In this document: positions 41,586-52,665 of the stretch, one piece after another
Layout: every line of letters starts with the position of its first letter
How positions within the stretch are numbered: the first letter of the stretch is position 1
Assembly: GCA_045639425.1 (NCBI GenBank)
Contig: JAZUDC010000040.1
Coordinates: 1,536-65,535 of the forward strand
Length of the DNA stretch: 64,000 nucleotides
Direction of reading: 5' to 3'
DNA from: Methanocorpusculum sp.
GTDB lineage: Archaea > Halobacteriota > Methanomicrobia > Methanomicrobiales > Methanocorpusculaceae
The notes under the pieces: model-generated
The model's input: the letters and a program-made list of their open reading frames with translations, nothing else
Told to the model about the DNA's origin: nothing
Database searches by the model: none
Made by a program: the position numbers and the translations under genes

Positions 41586-41825
41586 ATGCAAGAAAACAAC
41601 ATGCCACATTCCTGCTATACAGTGTTACAACTGTTGGAAAAGACTGGTATTCAGACGCACAAGGATCTTGTTCATGGAACCGGTCTCGCCCCGCGTACTG
41701 TCCGTTATGCTCTGCGGATGTTGAAAGAGCATGGCCTTGTCATTGAAAAATTTAATTTCCATGATGCCAGGCAGATGCTGTACTATCCGACACACCCCGT
41801 TTCTTCCACCCAGGTAGCAGTCTGA
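41586..41825 (+). CDS. Small winged-HTH transcriptional regulator
   Basis: THKDLV..TGLAPRTVRYAL..LKE.GLV...DARQ..Y. Confidence 0.85.
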   Translation: MQENNMPHSCYTVLQLLEKTGIQTHKDLVHGTGLAPRTVRYALRMLKEHGLVIEKFNFHDARQMLYYPTHPVSSTQVAV

Positions 41826-41966
41826 TGTGGTACTCATAGGTGACTGAACCGGACCAGACTCTTAATTCTGCAGGACTGCAGATAACACACCTTTCATCTT
41901 TTTTATTTTTGTTACCCGCAAATCAAAAAGTCATATACACGGAGAAAACCAATACTTAATCAATTA

Positions 41967-42830
41967 TTGATGCATGCCAGTTCGTTTATTCTGACGCTTC
42001 TTGTCCTTGGGGCTGTAGTAGTGATAGCAGGATGTGTCGACTCCGTCCCTCCTGCAGAGGATGACAGACTTGTCGTTGCCGTTTCCCTTGTACCCGAGGA
42101 AACCTTCGTCAAGTCGATTGCAGGTGATGTTGCAGATGTTCTTGTCATGATTCCTTCGGGATACAGTCCGGAAACCTATGACCTGACTCCACAGCAGATG
42201 CAGCAGTTGGCGAGAGCAGATGTCTACTTTGCGATAGGAGTGCCAAGCGAAGCTGCAATTCTCTCATCGCTGAATTCGGAAACACTCTGCGTCTCTCTTC
42301 AGGATGCAGTCTCAGAGGTGTATTCGGATTTGGAAATGAACGGCGGTCGCGACCCGCATATCTGGCTATCACCAAAACGTGCGGTTGTCATGGTCAAAGA
42401 AATCACTGCTGTCCTTTCGGCGCTAGACGATGACCACGCTTCGCAGTTCCAACAGAATGCTGAGGCCTATGTTTCCGAGATAACAGCAGCATCAGCAGAG
42501 GCAACAGAGACACTAAAATCAGCTACAGGAAAGACCTTTATTACTACTCATCCAGCATTCGGCTACTTTGCCGATGAATATGGACTTGTCATGCAGTCGC
42601 TCGAAGAGGATGGAAAAGAAGCAACAATTCAGCATATGCAGGCTTTGATTGATCTGGCAAAAGAGAAGAAGATTACCACGGTGTTCTATCAAAAAGAAGT
42701 GGGAACAGTACAGGCAACCGCACTTGCCGAGGAGATTGGCGGTACCATATCACCGCTGTCTCCTCTCGATGCAGATTATACCGAAAACATCAGGAAGATG
42801 GCTACCGCGATTGCGGAGGCAGCAAGATAA
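41967..42830 (+). CDS. znuA: Zn/Mn ABC transporter substrate-binding lipoprotein
   Basis: IAGC lipobox, SPETYD, DPHIWLSP, HPAFGYFA. Confidence 0.9.
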   Translation: MMHASSFILTLLVLGAVVVIAGCVDSVPPAEDDRLVVAVSLVPEETFVKSIAGDVADVLVMIPSGYSPETYDLTPQQMQQLARADVYFAIGVPSEAAILSSLNSETLCVSLQDAVSEVYSDLEMNGGRDPHIWLSPKRAVVMVKEITAVLSALDDDHASQFQQNAEAYVSEITAASAEATETLKSATGKTFITTHPAFGYFADEYGLVMQSLEEDGKEATIQHMQALIDLAKEKKITTVFYQKEVGTVQATALAEEIGGTISPLSPLDADYTENIRKMATAIAEAAR

Positions 42831-43540
42831 TGACTTCAGCAGTTTCTGTCCGGCATCTTACGGTCTACTATGATATGACTTGTGCGCTTTCCGATGTCTC
42901 TCTGGAAATCGGGAAAGGAGAATTCGTTGGAATCATTGGTCCTAACGGTGGTGGAAAATCGACGCTTGTCAAAGCACTTCTCGGTTTGATCTCTCCAGAT
43001 GCAGGAGAGGTATCCCTTCTTGGCGGTAGCGTACGTGAGAACCGGGTGAAAGTTGGTTATGTTCCTCAGTTTGCGGAGATTGATCGCAGGTTCCCGATCT
43101 CAGTTGTCGAAGCGGTACAAAGTGCCTGTCTTGTTGGCGGTTTGCATCCATTTTATCGGAAGAATGCTGATAACCATCTGCGAGCAGAAGAACAGCTGAA
43201 ACGGGTTGGAATTTTTCATCTTGCAAACCGGCAGATTGCCGAACTTTCCGGGGGTGAATTCCAACGTGTTCTGATTGCTCGGGCACTTGTTGGCAATCCT
43301 GAGATACTCTTGTTAGATGAACCGGATGCAAGCATCGATCCTGTGTCCCGTGAGGAGATCTATCGTCTTCTGTCTTCACACAATAAACAGATTACCATTA
43401 TTCTGGTCACACATGATCAAATGGCGATTTCTTCTGCGGTAACGTCCCTTATATGTCTGCATCAGCGTCTCATTTACCGCGGTTTTGCAGATATTCCAGA
43501 TTCGGTGTTCCATGAGATGTATGGAGGTATCTATGATTGA
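42830..43540 (+). CDS. znuC: Zn/Mn ABC transporter ATPase
   Basis: GPNGGGKST, GYVPQ, LSGGEFQR, LLDEP. Confidence 0.9.
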   Translation: MTSAVSVRHLTVYYDMTCALSDVSLEIGKGEFVGIIGPNGGGKSTLVKALLGLISPDAGEVSLLGGSVRENRVKVGYVPQFAEIDRRFPISVVEAVQSACLVGGLHPFYRKNADNHLRAEEQLKRVGIFHLANRQIAELSGGEFQRVLIARALVGNPEILLLDEPDASIDPVSREEIYRLLSSHNKQITIILVTHDQMAISSAVTSLICLHQRLIYRGFADIPDSVFHEMYGGIYD

Positions 43541-44372
43541 AGAGATTTTTACATATCAATTTCTAGAGAATGCCTTGATTGCCGCGGTACTTGCAAGTAT
43601 TGTTTGTGGGATAATCGGTGTCATCATCGTCGAACGGAAGATGGGCATGATTGGGGGCGGTATTGCACATACTGCATATGGTGGTGTAGGCCTCGGCTAT
43701 CTTCTTGGATTCCCGCCGATTCTAGGTGCGTGTATCTTTGCCATTCTAGCTGCATTTGGTATCAGTGCCGCAAAACGGAGAGGACGGGTACAGACCGATA
43801 TTCTGATTGCGCTCTTCTGGTCGCTTGGTATGGCTCTCGGTATTGCTTTCATAGGCTTGGTTCCAGGATATGCGCCAGATATCTCGATGTATCTATTCGG
43901 TAGCATTCTTTCGGTAACGCATTTTGACCTGATTATGATGGCAATCCTTACCGCTGTCGTTGTGGTCGTGATTGTCATGCTCTATCAGGATTGGAAAGCC
44001 TTCCTATTCGATCAGCAGTTCGCGGAAATTAGAGGTATCAGAGTCAGGTTCCTTGAATATCTGCTTCTCGTTCTGATTGCGCTCGCAGTAGTCGCTCTCA
44101 TCAGAGTTGCTGGTATCATACTAGTAATTGCTCTGTTGACCGCGCCAGCAGCTTGTGCCAGTCTCATATCGAAGAGGCTGAAGAACAGGATGTTTCTTGC
44201 TATCATTTTTGGGATTGTCGTCTGTATTGCTGGAATTATTGTATCTTATGCTATAAACATCGCATCAGGTGCAGCAATTGTAATCATTGCCGTCATTGTC
44301 TATGCAATAATTTACTCAACTTCTCTTATCAAACGGAGAAAACATATTGCAGAGCGCCGGTTCCATGCCTGA
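43533..44372 (+). CDS. znuB: Zn/Mn ABC transporter permease
   Basis: GIAHTAYGG, YLFGSIL, GIILVIALL..PAA; GGAGG RBS before ATG 43533. Confidence 0.9.
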   Translation: MIEEIFTYQFLENALIAAVLASIVCGIIGVIIVERKMGMIGGGIAHTAYGGVGLGYLLGFPPILGACIFAILAAFGISAAKRRGRVQTDILIALFWSLGMALGIAFIGLVPGYAPDISMYLFGSILSVTHFDLIMMAILTAVVVVVIVMLYQDWKAFLFDQQFAEIRGIRVRFLEYLLLVLIALAVVALIRVAGIILVIALLTAPAACASLISKRLKNRMFLAIIFGIVVCIAGIIVSYAINIASGAAIVIIAVIVYAIIYSTSLIKRRKHIAERRFHA

Positions 44373-44399
44373 CGCCCTGAAAAAAACATAGTTGAGATA

Positions 44400-44697
44400 T
44401 TACTTCTTCAAGTATAGGTAGCAGAGACAGTGGCCGTCCCTCTCGACATCTTCTGTTGACATCTTACAGGGACATATGTACTGCTTATCGGTCTCTTCGT
44501 TGCCGGTTGGCAGTCTGCAGGGGCAGTAGCGTTTCCCTCTGATAATCTGGTTGCGTGCAAGACCTTCAATTACCGAGTCTGCTACTTCCTTCATCGAGTT
44601 CATTGCCCAGCCTTTCTTTTCAGCAACACGTTCGATGATTGGGTGGATCTTCTCTGCAAGTGCCAGTATCTCTTCACGTTTTGGTGTCGTAGTTCAT
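44400..44697 (-). pseudogene. Ferredoxin-thioredoxin reductase catalytic subunit-like; natural start out of frame by 1 nt
   Basis: GLARN...YCPCR...ICPC...GHCLCYLY. The ATG at 44697 is shifted 1 nt relative to the conserved frame (TTPKREEILALAEK...). Confidence 0.65.
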
Positions 44698-45205
44698 TAT
44701 TGTTCCTCTGATGTTTTCAATGTATCTTTTGCAATACGTTCCAGGTCTCGGTTGATGAGTTTCAGTTGAATCGGGTTTAGGTGGTCGATGAAGAGGATAC
44801 CGTCATGGTGATCCTTCTCATGGTAAAATGCACGAGCTGGAATTCCTTTAAGTTCCCGTTCAACAACCTCTCCAGATTCATCTAAGTATCGGCAGGTGAT
44901 TTTCGAGGGACGGCAGATAGGTTTCCGGATACCAGGAATACATGGACTTCCTTCGATATCTTCTGTGAGTGTCCCCATCGATAAAATCTCCGGATTTGCC
45001 CCGCGAATAAAGATACTTCCAGTATCGACGATGAACAGACGGCGCAGTTCACCTATCTGCGGAGCGGAAAAACCGACGCAGGAATACGTATGCATTGTTT
45101 CTTCCATATAATTCAGAATGGGTCGTTGGTATCCGTGATTTCTGTAACATCTGCAGATTTTTCCCGAAGTCGCGGATCGCCGTAATGAAGAATCCCTCGT
45201 AACAT
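44697..45205 (-). pseudogene. def: Peptide deformylase, frameshifted
   Basis: MLRGILHYGDPRLREKSADVTEI* in one frame; GFSAPQIG, EGSPC and HEKDHHDG in another. Confidence 0.8.
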
Positions 45206-45301
45206 AGGTAGTAGTTTTCTCATTTGTTCTAGTTAATTCTGTGTCTTCACCATTTGTAATGCCAAATCCTATTATTAGAAGCGCACAATATACATGCACC
45301 A

Positions 45302-46855
45302 ATGTCAGAGTCCGTAAGTGTGCCAAACGGTGAGGGACCGGTTTACAATACCGACAGCAAACTTCCAGTGGGTACACTCATTTTCACAATAATACAACAT
45401 TTCTCCGCACTGGCTGTATACATGACGTATCCGGTCATTATCATCAGAGCAATCGGAGGGGATGAGAATGGCACTACGACGCTGATATCTGCAACATTAA
45501 TCGGGTGTGGTATCGCGACGCTCCTGCAGGCGATTCGTCGTCTCGGTAGCGGACAGGTCCTGCCGATCATTCCGCACTCCTCCTATCTACCTGCCTCGAT
45601 TCTTGCAGCATCCGGCGGGGGTCTGCCGATGCTCTACGGTATGCTGATTGCCGGCGGCATCTTTGAAATAATCATCAGCCGGCTGACCAGATTCTTCCGG
45701 TATGTGTTTCCGACGGAGATCTGCGGAACGGTGCTCTTTCTTCTGGGTATCGCGATCGTACCGTTCGCTTTTCCGTTGTTCTGCGGAAGTACCGATTCCG
45801 CGCCACTCGATCCGGCATCCACTGCTGTCGGAATCATGACGCTGGCTTCAATGATTCTTCTGAGTGTCATCAGGAAACGCATCTTCAAATTCTATTCAAC
45901 ACTGATGAGTATTGTCATAGGGTTCATCGCCGCGGTGTTGCTCGGCGTGTTTAATCTTGAGATTTTGACTGATATAACGTCAATACCTCTCTTTGCTGTT
46001 CCGGAATTCGCGTTCTCCACCGGCTATGCGTTTAATCCTGCTCTTTTGGCGCCGTTTATCATCGCGGTTGTCTGTCTGGTGATGAAGACGACCTCCAATA
46101 TTGACATGCTGAACAGGTATACAAGATCTGAGCCGAAAAAATCACTGCGCCGCGGCATCTTTGCGGAAGGCGCAGGTCTCCTGATTTCCGGCGTGCTCGG
46201 AGGTACCGGTACTGGTACTTCGTCTTCCGCGGCAGGTCTGGTGGTAAGTACCGGTGTCGCCGCACGCAGGGTTGGGTTCGGCCTCGGAATCTTGCTTATC
46301 ATCTGCGGTCTTCTGCCAGTATTTGGGTGGTTCTTCCACCTGATTCCAAAGCCAATTCTGGGAGCGGTTCTTATCTACGCAGTTGCTTTTGTCATGATGA
46401 GCGGCATTTCGAGTATCGCATCCCGCGTTCTTGATTCCCGGAGAATATTTGTCGTGTTGTTGCCGATTCTCTTCGGAGTATCTTCTGTTGTGTGCGCATA
46501 TCTCTATGCTAGCCTTCCGCAATGGGCTGAGTATTTCCTGGCATCTCCACTGACAGCAGGGGCATTTACGGCGGTAATATTAGGACTTTTCCTGAAAATC
46601 GGCATCCCGCATCATAAGACTCTTGTATTAACAGAGTCGTCCGATGTGCTTGCATTTGTAATGGACTGTGCAAGTCTTTGGACGCTCGATAAGATGCAGA
46701 GCCTCAGTCTAGGCACGGAACTTTCCCACATCGTCGCAGAAGGAAAAAAAGCCGATTCAATTACGCTCGCGTTATCTCACTGTCGTGAAACGATTGAGAT
46801 TGATACCGAATACAGTGATGGAACGTTACAGCATCTGACAAAAGCGTGTCTCTAA
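45302..46855 (+). CDS. NCS2 (uracil/xanthine permease-like) transporter
   Basis: IQH, GIATLLQ, FPTEICGTV, GI.AEG, IPKPILGA; more than 12 TM segments. Confidence 0.85.
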   Translation: MSESVSVPNGEGPVYNTDSKLPVGTLIFTIIQHFSALAVYMTYPVIIIRAIGGDENGTTTLISATLIGCGIATLLQAIRRLGSGQVLPIIPHSSYLPASILAASGGGLPMLYGMLIAGGIFEIIISRLTRFFRYVFPTEICGTVLFLLGIAIVPFAFPLFCGSTDSAPLDPASTAVGIMTLASMILLSVIRKRIFKFYSTLMSIVIGFIAAVLLGVFNLEILTDITSIPLFAVPEFAFSTGYAFNPALLAPFIIAVVCLVMKTTSNIDMLNRYTRSEPKKSLRRGIFAEGAGLLISGVLGGTGTGTSSSAAGLVVSTGVAARRVGFGLGILLIICGLLPVFGWFFHLIPKPILGAVLIYAVAFVMMSGISSIASRVLDSRRIFVVLLPILFGVSSVVCAYLYASLPQWAEYFLASPLTAGAFTAVILGLFLKIGIPHHKTLVLTESSDVLAFVMDCASLWTLDKMQSLSLGTELSHIVAEGKKADSITLALSHCRETIEIDTEYSDGTLQHLTKACL

Positions 46856-46856
46856 G

Positions 46857-48497
46857 TTACTCTTCCTTATTCTGCATAGAGTACCGGCAATTGAGACTTT
46901 TCATAGTTTCAATCTCAGCGACGTCCTTATCATCCCGCAGGCGAACGAATCGTGGGAACCGGAGTGCATATCCTGCCGGATAATTAACACTGCGCTGCAG
47001 TTCAGCGTACCCGACCTCGAAGACCGTGTCCGGTTCGAATGTAACTGTCTTTCCTTTTTCCGCAATGACCTTGTCTTTGAACAAGTCATAAAGCATGGCA
47101 AGAGTTGCATCATCGATACCTGTAGCTACACGGGAGATTTCCAGTAATTCACCGTTTTCATCCTGGCAAGCAAGGATGAACGATCCGAATACTTTTGCTC
47201 GTTTTCCCTCCCCCCACTCGGCGCCTGTGACTGCAAGATCAATGGTATCGACCTCTGGTTTGATTTTTATCCAGAGTTTCCCGCGGTTTCCTGGAAGATA
47301 CGGGGCGTCAAGTACCTTGAGCATGATTCCTTCGTTTCCTGCATCAAGGGCTGCGTGATAATATGCTTCGATTTCCTCTGCAGAAGAGCTCACTATTTGG
47401 GGAGCGACATATTCAGTCATTACCTCAGTAAGTACCTTTCTGCGTTCGGAAAACGGCAGATCGATGAGCGTCTTTCCGTCACAGACTAGGATGTCGAATA
47501 CGCAGGGACGGAGTTCGATTTTTCCCTGTGCCGTATCGATATCGTGCTTGCGTCTGATTCTACGGAGCACTGTCTGAAACGGCATGGGTTTTGCGTTTAG
47601 GATGGCGATGACCTCTCCATCGATGATGACATCGTGTGTGGTTGCAGCCGAGAGTTGTGCGACCACATCCGGAATGGAGTCGGTCATCTCTTCTAGTCTC
47701 CGAGTGTATATAGCTGCTTTGTCCCCTACCTTATGGAATTGGAATCTGCTGCCGTCATACTTGTTTTCTGCCGCCAATGTCTTGTGGATATCAAGCATAC
47801 CGGCAATGGATCCTACCTGTGCCAACATCATTTTAACTGGTTTGAACGGAGTTATGTGACTCTCTAGGAGTTTTTCAAGATCGGTTTTCGCAAGCAGTGC
47901 AACCTCTCCTAAATCATTGAAGGCCTGGTGAGCATGTTCAACTGATTCTGAAGGGATAGTAAATGCTTTGGACACAGCATCCTTGATGACTCCTTCACCA
48001 ACGCCGATACGCATCTCTTCAAGCATCAGACGACTTAGGTACCTGCCTTCAAGTGGGGATGCATTTGAGAGCAGATACTGTGCGGTACGCAAACGTTCCT
48101 GCTGTGATTTTCGCCCCTGACTTTTAGCCATTGCCATGAACTGGTTCCAGACATCCATGAGCTCAAGTTCTTGTGAGAAGAACGTTGTCTGTTCACGCTT
48201 GGAGAGCAGTGATTCAACGACTTCACCAGCATCGCCGGAACTGTTGATTGCGGAAATGACATATTCACGTTTCTTTCCGATGACATAGGCGAGTGCCTCA
48301 TAGAGGAGGGATGGACCAAACTTCAGTTTTTCCGCGGACCAGTCAGGAAAGAGTCGGCCCTGTGCAAACCTGACAAAAACAGGAAGTTCCTCGTTGGGGA
48401 TAGTGAGAAACACTTCTGCAAGCGCATCACTCATTGCAAGACGCGAAGATAATTTTTCAATTCTCTGGCAAATTTGGGCAAACTCAAGAAAAAGCAT
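46857..48497 (-). CDS. lig: ATP-dependent DNA ligase
   Basis: MLAQ, KYDGSR, DGEV, EGIMLK, WIKIKP, LRFPRF. Confidence 0.97.
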   Translation of the reverse strand: MLFLEFAQICQRIEKLSSRLAMSDALAEVFLTIPNEELPVFVRFAQGRLFPDWSAEKLKFGPSLLYEALAYVIGKKREYVISAINSSGDAGEVVESLLSKREQTTFFSQELELMDVWNQFMAMAKSQGRKSQQERLRTAQYLLSNASPLEGRYLSRLMLEEMRIGVGEGVIKDAVSKAFTIPSESVEHAHQAFNDLGEVALLAKTDLEKLLESHITPFKPVKMMLAQVGSIAGMLDIHKTLAAENKYDGSRFQFHKVGDKAAIYTRRLEEMTDSIPDVVAQLSAATTHDVIIDGEVIAILNAKPMPFQTVLRRIRRKHDIDTAQGKIELRPCVFDILVCDGKTLIDLPFSERRKVLTEVMTEYVAPQIVSSSAEEIEAYYHAALDAGNEGIMLKVLDAPYLPGNRGKLWIKIKPEVDTIDLAVTGAEWGEGKRAKVFGSFILACQDENGELLEISRVATGIDDATLAMLYDLFKDKVIAEKGKTVTFEPDTVFEVGYAELQRSVNYPAGYALRFPRFVRLRDDKDVAEIETMKSLNCRYSMQNKEE

Positions 48498-48524
48498 AGA
48501 GATCTCTAAAACAGGGAATTGCTT

Positions 48525-51257
48525 TTAGAGCATTCCCTTGACTAATTTCTCAGCGGTAGATAGAACTTCCCCGATCTTAGTTGGATCGGTTCCTGCACCC
48601 TGTGCCATGTTCGGATTTCCACCGCCTTTACCTCCGACAACCGCACAGACATCCTCGACTAGTCTGCCAGCATGTACTTTGTCTGTTCCGGAAGCTACAA
48701 CGATGCCAAGTCCGTCAGCGGTGGTAATCAATACGGCAACACCGCCCCGTCTGGCAATTGTGGAAGCAACGGATACCAGCTCCTTACGGGAGATGTCAAG
48801 CTGCTTGAAGACGATTTCGGTACCGTTGACCTTTTCACCCTCGAGCCGTGAGACTTCAAGGTCTGCAATCTTACACCGCAGGCGTTCGATTTCATTTCTC
48901 AGGTCTTTCCATTCATTGAAGAATCGCTCGACTGTTGCCGGAAGATTTTCTGTCTGGACGGAGAGGGTTTCTGCCGAGGTGCTCAGGAGTTTCTGAATGT
49001 GCTGCATTGCATTGAGTGCGGCAAATCCGCAGGCGAACTCGATACGTTCTACTCCATCCTGGATGTGTTCCAGACGGAGCAGTTTGATGGGACCGATCTG
49101 ACCGGTGGATGTACAGTGGGTTCCTGCGCAGGCTTCAATTTCTGGACCTATCTGAACGATACGCAGTTCTTTTCCTGGCGGGATTCCTCCTTGATAGAGT
49201 GCGAATCCGAATTTCTGTTCCGCTTCAACTCTCGGCTCGATATCAATCTTAACTGGGAGGTTCTGCATGACCAGTTTGTTTGCGTATGCTTCGATTCTCT
49301 TCAACTCGTCATCAGTGATGTGTGTGTAGTGTCTGATATCGATTCGACCTGATTTCGGAGACAGCTGGGAACCTGCCTGGTGGATATGCGGACCGAGGAC
49401 TTCCCTTGCTGCATGGATAATCATGTGTGTTCCTGAGTGGTGACGCATCAGTGCACGGCGGTGTTCTTCGTCCAGTGCTCCCTTGACATTGTCACCTGGT
49501 TTGAAAATCGGGAAATCAATCTTGTGCAGAATGATGTCTCCAAATTTGACAACGTCGATTACATTGGCTGACTGAGTGCTGATGAGGGTTCCGATATCAG
49601 CTGGTTGTCCTCCCCCTTCTGGATAGAAACAGGTTGAGTCGAGAACAACATAGTTTTCGAATGCATCGAGAACGGTTGCCTTGAACTCTATTTTCTCTGG
49701 ATTGGCATAGTATGCTTTCACGGTTGCTGGCAGTTTTTCGATCCTTCCAGCATATTTGACTAAGGGAGAGAGTGCTTTCTCGCATTCATTTTCGGAGTGT
49801 ATATCTGCAATCTGAGAGTCGAAATCGTCTGGGATATCGAACTTCGCACCGGTTTCGGTGAGTGTCTTCCTCATCAGGTCGACAGGGATACCATGAGAAT
49901 CATAGAGCGTGATAAGTTCAGAGAGTGGAACCGGTTCGTTCTTCTTGACATAGGTCTGACCGAGCCTCTGAACTGTTCTAGTGCCGCGTGCGATGGTTGC
50001 ATCATACTTTTCAACTTCACGTGCAATGATTTCACGGACGAGGGACGGCTTCTGCTCAAACTTGTCAAGACCAATGTCTTCCATCTGCGCAACTACCAGG
50101 TCGCCAAGATCCGCATCGACGCCTGCTTCTTGCATCATGCGGATACTTCTTCTCAGTACTAGGCGTGTTAAGTAGCCTTCACGGACATTCGAGGGCACAA
50201 TCAAGTCCCCGAGCATATATGCAAGACATCTGGTGTGATCGCAGAGAGCGTAGATGTTCTCCATCGGAACGATGATTTCTTCGAGTTTCTTGACAGAAAG
50301 ACCGGATGTTTCGGCGACTCTCTGTCTGAGTTCACTGATCTTCTCACCTCTGATATCCATCAGTCCGGCAAACTGTGCATTCTTTCCGAGGATACTCTCT
50401 ATTTCAGGGTTATTCAAGTAGTCCTCCATATCAGTAGCATTCAGTATGCGGGGAATAATGTCTGGAAATACTGCATCATATGCAGTAGGTGTTCCGCAGG
50501 ATGCCCAGGCAAAGCGCTCAAGACCATACCCGGTATCAACAATACGTAACGGCATTTCATAGTAGTCCTTTCCGTCGATCATGATCAATGGTTTTCCAGA
50601 ATTCTTACGGGAGAGGTTCATGAAGACAAGGGTTGCAACTTCAAGGCCACCCATCAGGACCTCCACGGAAGCACCTGCATTTCCGCCGCCAAACCACGGG
50701 TTCTCTTTGAATGTCAGCTGTGTGACGTCCCCCCCGATGGATTTGACGAATCCGGCACAGAGTTCGACACATCTGTCTTTCCAATAAATCGGCTTGTCAT
50801 CGGTATTGAATGCGTGGTGTGCCATCATTTCGAAACAGGTGAAGTGGCGACCAGAGCGTCCGACGTTGTCCAGATCATTCAATCGGATACAGGGCTGGGA
50901 AATAGTCAGCGGATTTGCCGGCGGAGGACAGGTTCCACTGGTTACGAATGGCTGGAAGTCTGCAATAGATGCAATGGTGAGGTAAATATCGTCTCTCCAG
51001 CGTGCAGCTACAGGATAGCGGTTGATTCTCGTGTGGCCGTTCTTTTCGAAGAAAGAGAGGTATGCCTCCCGCATTTCTGCAACGGTATGTTTCTTGAAAA
51101 TCGGTTTTCCTATGAATTGATATGGTTCGCACGGAGCATCGCCGCAGATCTCACGTTCTAAATCCAGTGTCCAGAACGGTGAATCACATTTCTTACAGAT
51201 TTTACGGACATATCCGTTCTCTTTGAAGAAATCTAACTGATATTCATTTTCGAGCAT
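48525..51257 (-). CDS. alaS: Alanyl-tRNA synthetase
   Basis: TIASIADFQP, GRSGRH, DTGYGLER, HHSGTH, CAGTHC, GKGGG; start at MLENEY. Confidence 0.97.
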   Translation of the reverse strand: MLENEYQLDFFKENGYVRKICKKCDSPFWTLDLEREICGDAPCEPYQFIGKPIFKKHTVAEMREAYLSFFEKNGHTRINRYPVAARWRDDIYLTIASIADFQPFVTSGTCPPPANPLTISQPCIRLNDLDNVGRSGRHFTCFEMMAHHAFNTDDKPIYWKDRCVELCAGFVKSIGGDVTQLTFKENPWFGGGNAGASVEVLMGGLEVATLVFMNLSRKNSGKPLIMIDGKDYYEMPLRIVDTGYGLERFAWASCGTPTAYDAVFPDIIPRILNATDMEDYLNNPEIESILGKNAQFAGLMDIRGEKISELRQRVAETSGLSVKKLEEIIVPMENIYALCDHTRCLAYMLGDLIVPSNVREGYLTRLVLRRSIRMMQEAGVDADLGDLVVAQMEDIGLDKFEQKPSLVREIIAREVEKYDATIARGTRTVQRLGQTYVKKNEPVPLSELITLYDSHGIPVDLMRKTLTETGAKFDIPDDFDSQIADIHSENECEKALSPLVKYAGRIEKLPATVKAYYANPEKIEFKATVLDAFENYVVLDSTCFYPEGGGQPADIGTLISTQSANVIDVVKFGDIILHKIDFPIFKPGDNVKGALDEEHRRALMRHHSGTHMIIHAAREVLGPHIHQAGSQLSPKSGRIDIRHYTHITDDELKRIEAYANKLVMQNLPVKIDIEPRVEAEQKFGFALYQGGIPPGKELRIVQIGPEIEACAGTHCTSTGQIGPIKLLRLEHIQDGVERIEFACGFAALNAMQHIQKLLSTSAETLSVQTENLPATVERFFNEWKDLRNEIERLRCKIADLEVSRLEGEKVNGTEIVFKQLDISRKELVSVASTIARRGGVAVLITTADGLGIVVASGTDKVHAGRLVEDVCAVVGGKGGGNPNMAQGAGTDPTKIGEVLSTAEKLVKGML

Positions 51258-51426
51258 TGGGTAATCCCCATTTGTTAATACGCCGTATTTATAGGTGATG
51301 TAAAGGTATATTACTTTGCCACAACGAAGCCAAAAATTGGTTTGAATTCCCTGAGTGGAGAGTAGTTTACATACCCTTTTTCTCTTTCCACAGCGTATAT
51401 ACATCTATACTAAGAGAAAGTGCATC

Positions 51427-52644
51427 ATGACAGCATCAAAAATTCTCCTTATTATTATCGACGGGGTTGGCGATCGCCCATGTCCGTCACTTGGAAATAA
51501 GACCCCGTTGCAGGCGGCAAAGTTGCCGAACCTTGACTATTTGGCAAAGACCGGTATCTGCGGTATCATGGATCCGATATCCCCAGGTATCCGTGCAGGT
51601 TCTGACACGTCTCACTTGAGTCTTCTTGGTTATCCGCCGCAGTCCTATTACACCGGGAGAGGTCCGCTGGAAGCTGCCGGTTGCGGTATTGCCATGGAAC
51701 CAGGCATGATTGGTTTCCGTGCCAACTATGCGACAGTAACCGATGGCCTGGTTTTCGACCGCCGTGCTGGGCGTATCGAGGATACCTGCGAGATTTCCCG
51801 TGCTATAAAGGAAGGGATAGATCTCTCTAAATATGGGGTTACTATTGAATTTGAGCCGGGGACGGGTCACCGTGCGGCTCTCGCTCTGAAGGGGGAAGGC
51901 CTTTCCGCTGACGTATCCACCAATGATCCTAAAAAGACCACTGTATCTCCGCTAACGATTATGCCGACAGCGGATACCGATGCTGCTCGGCGTACTGCTG
52001 AGATTTGTAATGATTTCGTCCGCCAGACAGCCACCATCCTTGAAAATCATCCAATCAACCTTGATCGCCTGGTTGACGGCAAAAATCCTGCGAATTTCGT
52101 CCTAATTCGTGGAGCTGGTGAGATGGGTGTTTATGAACCGTTTGAGAAGAAACATGAGTTGTCCGGCAGCGTCGTTGCTGCGGCCTCACTTATTGCAGGA
52201 ATAGGAGTTTCCGTAGGTCTTGAAAGGATTCCGGTCAAGCCGACCACATCGCTTGATGATCAGGTGAAACTGGTTTTGGGTGAACTTGACAAGAAGGACT
52301 TCGTTCTCTTCCACATCAAGAATGCTGATGAATACGGGCATGATGGCAGGGCAAAGGAGAAGATGGCGTTTCTAGAAAAGATTGATGTTGCTATTAAGCC
52401 TTTCCTAGGCAGAAAGGACCTTCTTATTGCAATCTGCGGTGATCACTCTACCCCATGCACTATTAAGGAGCACAGCGCTGATCCAGTACCGCTAATTATC
52501 CATGGTGATGGTGTCCGGGTGGATGGTGTCAAGAGATATGATGAACTTTCCTGTGCTGCCGGTGCAATGTGCAGAATATCTGGCAGTTCACTGATGGCTA
52601 TTCTGCTTGATTTGGTCAACAAAACCCATAAGTATGGTGATTAA
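51427..52644 (+). CDS. apgM: 2,3-bisphosphoglycerate-independent phosphoglycerate mutase
   Basis: IIDGVGDRP, GSDTSHL, GRGPLEAAG, DEYGHDG, GDHSTP, HSADPVP. Confidence 0.95.
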   Translation: MTASKILLIIIDGVGDRPCPSLGNKTPLQAAKLPNLDYLAKTGICGIMDPISPGIRAGSDTSHLSLLGYPPQSYYTGRGPLEAAGCGIAMEPGMIGFRANYATVTDGLVFDRRAGRIEDTCEISRAIKEGIDLSKYGVTIEFEPGTGHRAALALKGEGLSADVSTNDPKKTTVSPLTIMPTADTDAARRTAEICNDFVRQTATILENHPINLDRLVDGKNPANFVLIRGAGEMGVYEPFEKKHELSGSVVAAASLIAGIGVSVGLERIPVKPTTSLDDQVKLVLGELDKKDFVLFHIKNADEYGHDGRAKEKMAFLEKIDVAIKPFLGRKDLLIAICGDHSTPCTIKEHSADPVPLIIHGDGVRVDGVKRYDELSCAAGAMCRISGSSLMAILLDLVNKTHKYGD

Positions 52645-52665
52645 GATACCAATATACTAATATTC

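Noticed and set aside
51258-51426. Extended N-termini of alaS and apgM in the ORF track (likewise rpoF, hemK2, znuB, porC)
   Set aside because: The extensions overlap promoters or neighbouring genes; downstream ATGs match family N-termini and RBS positions.
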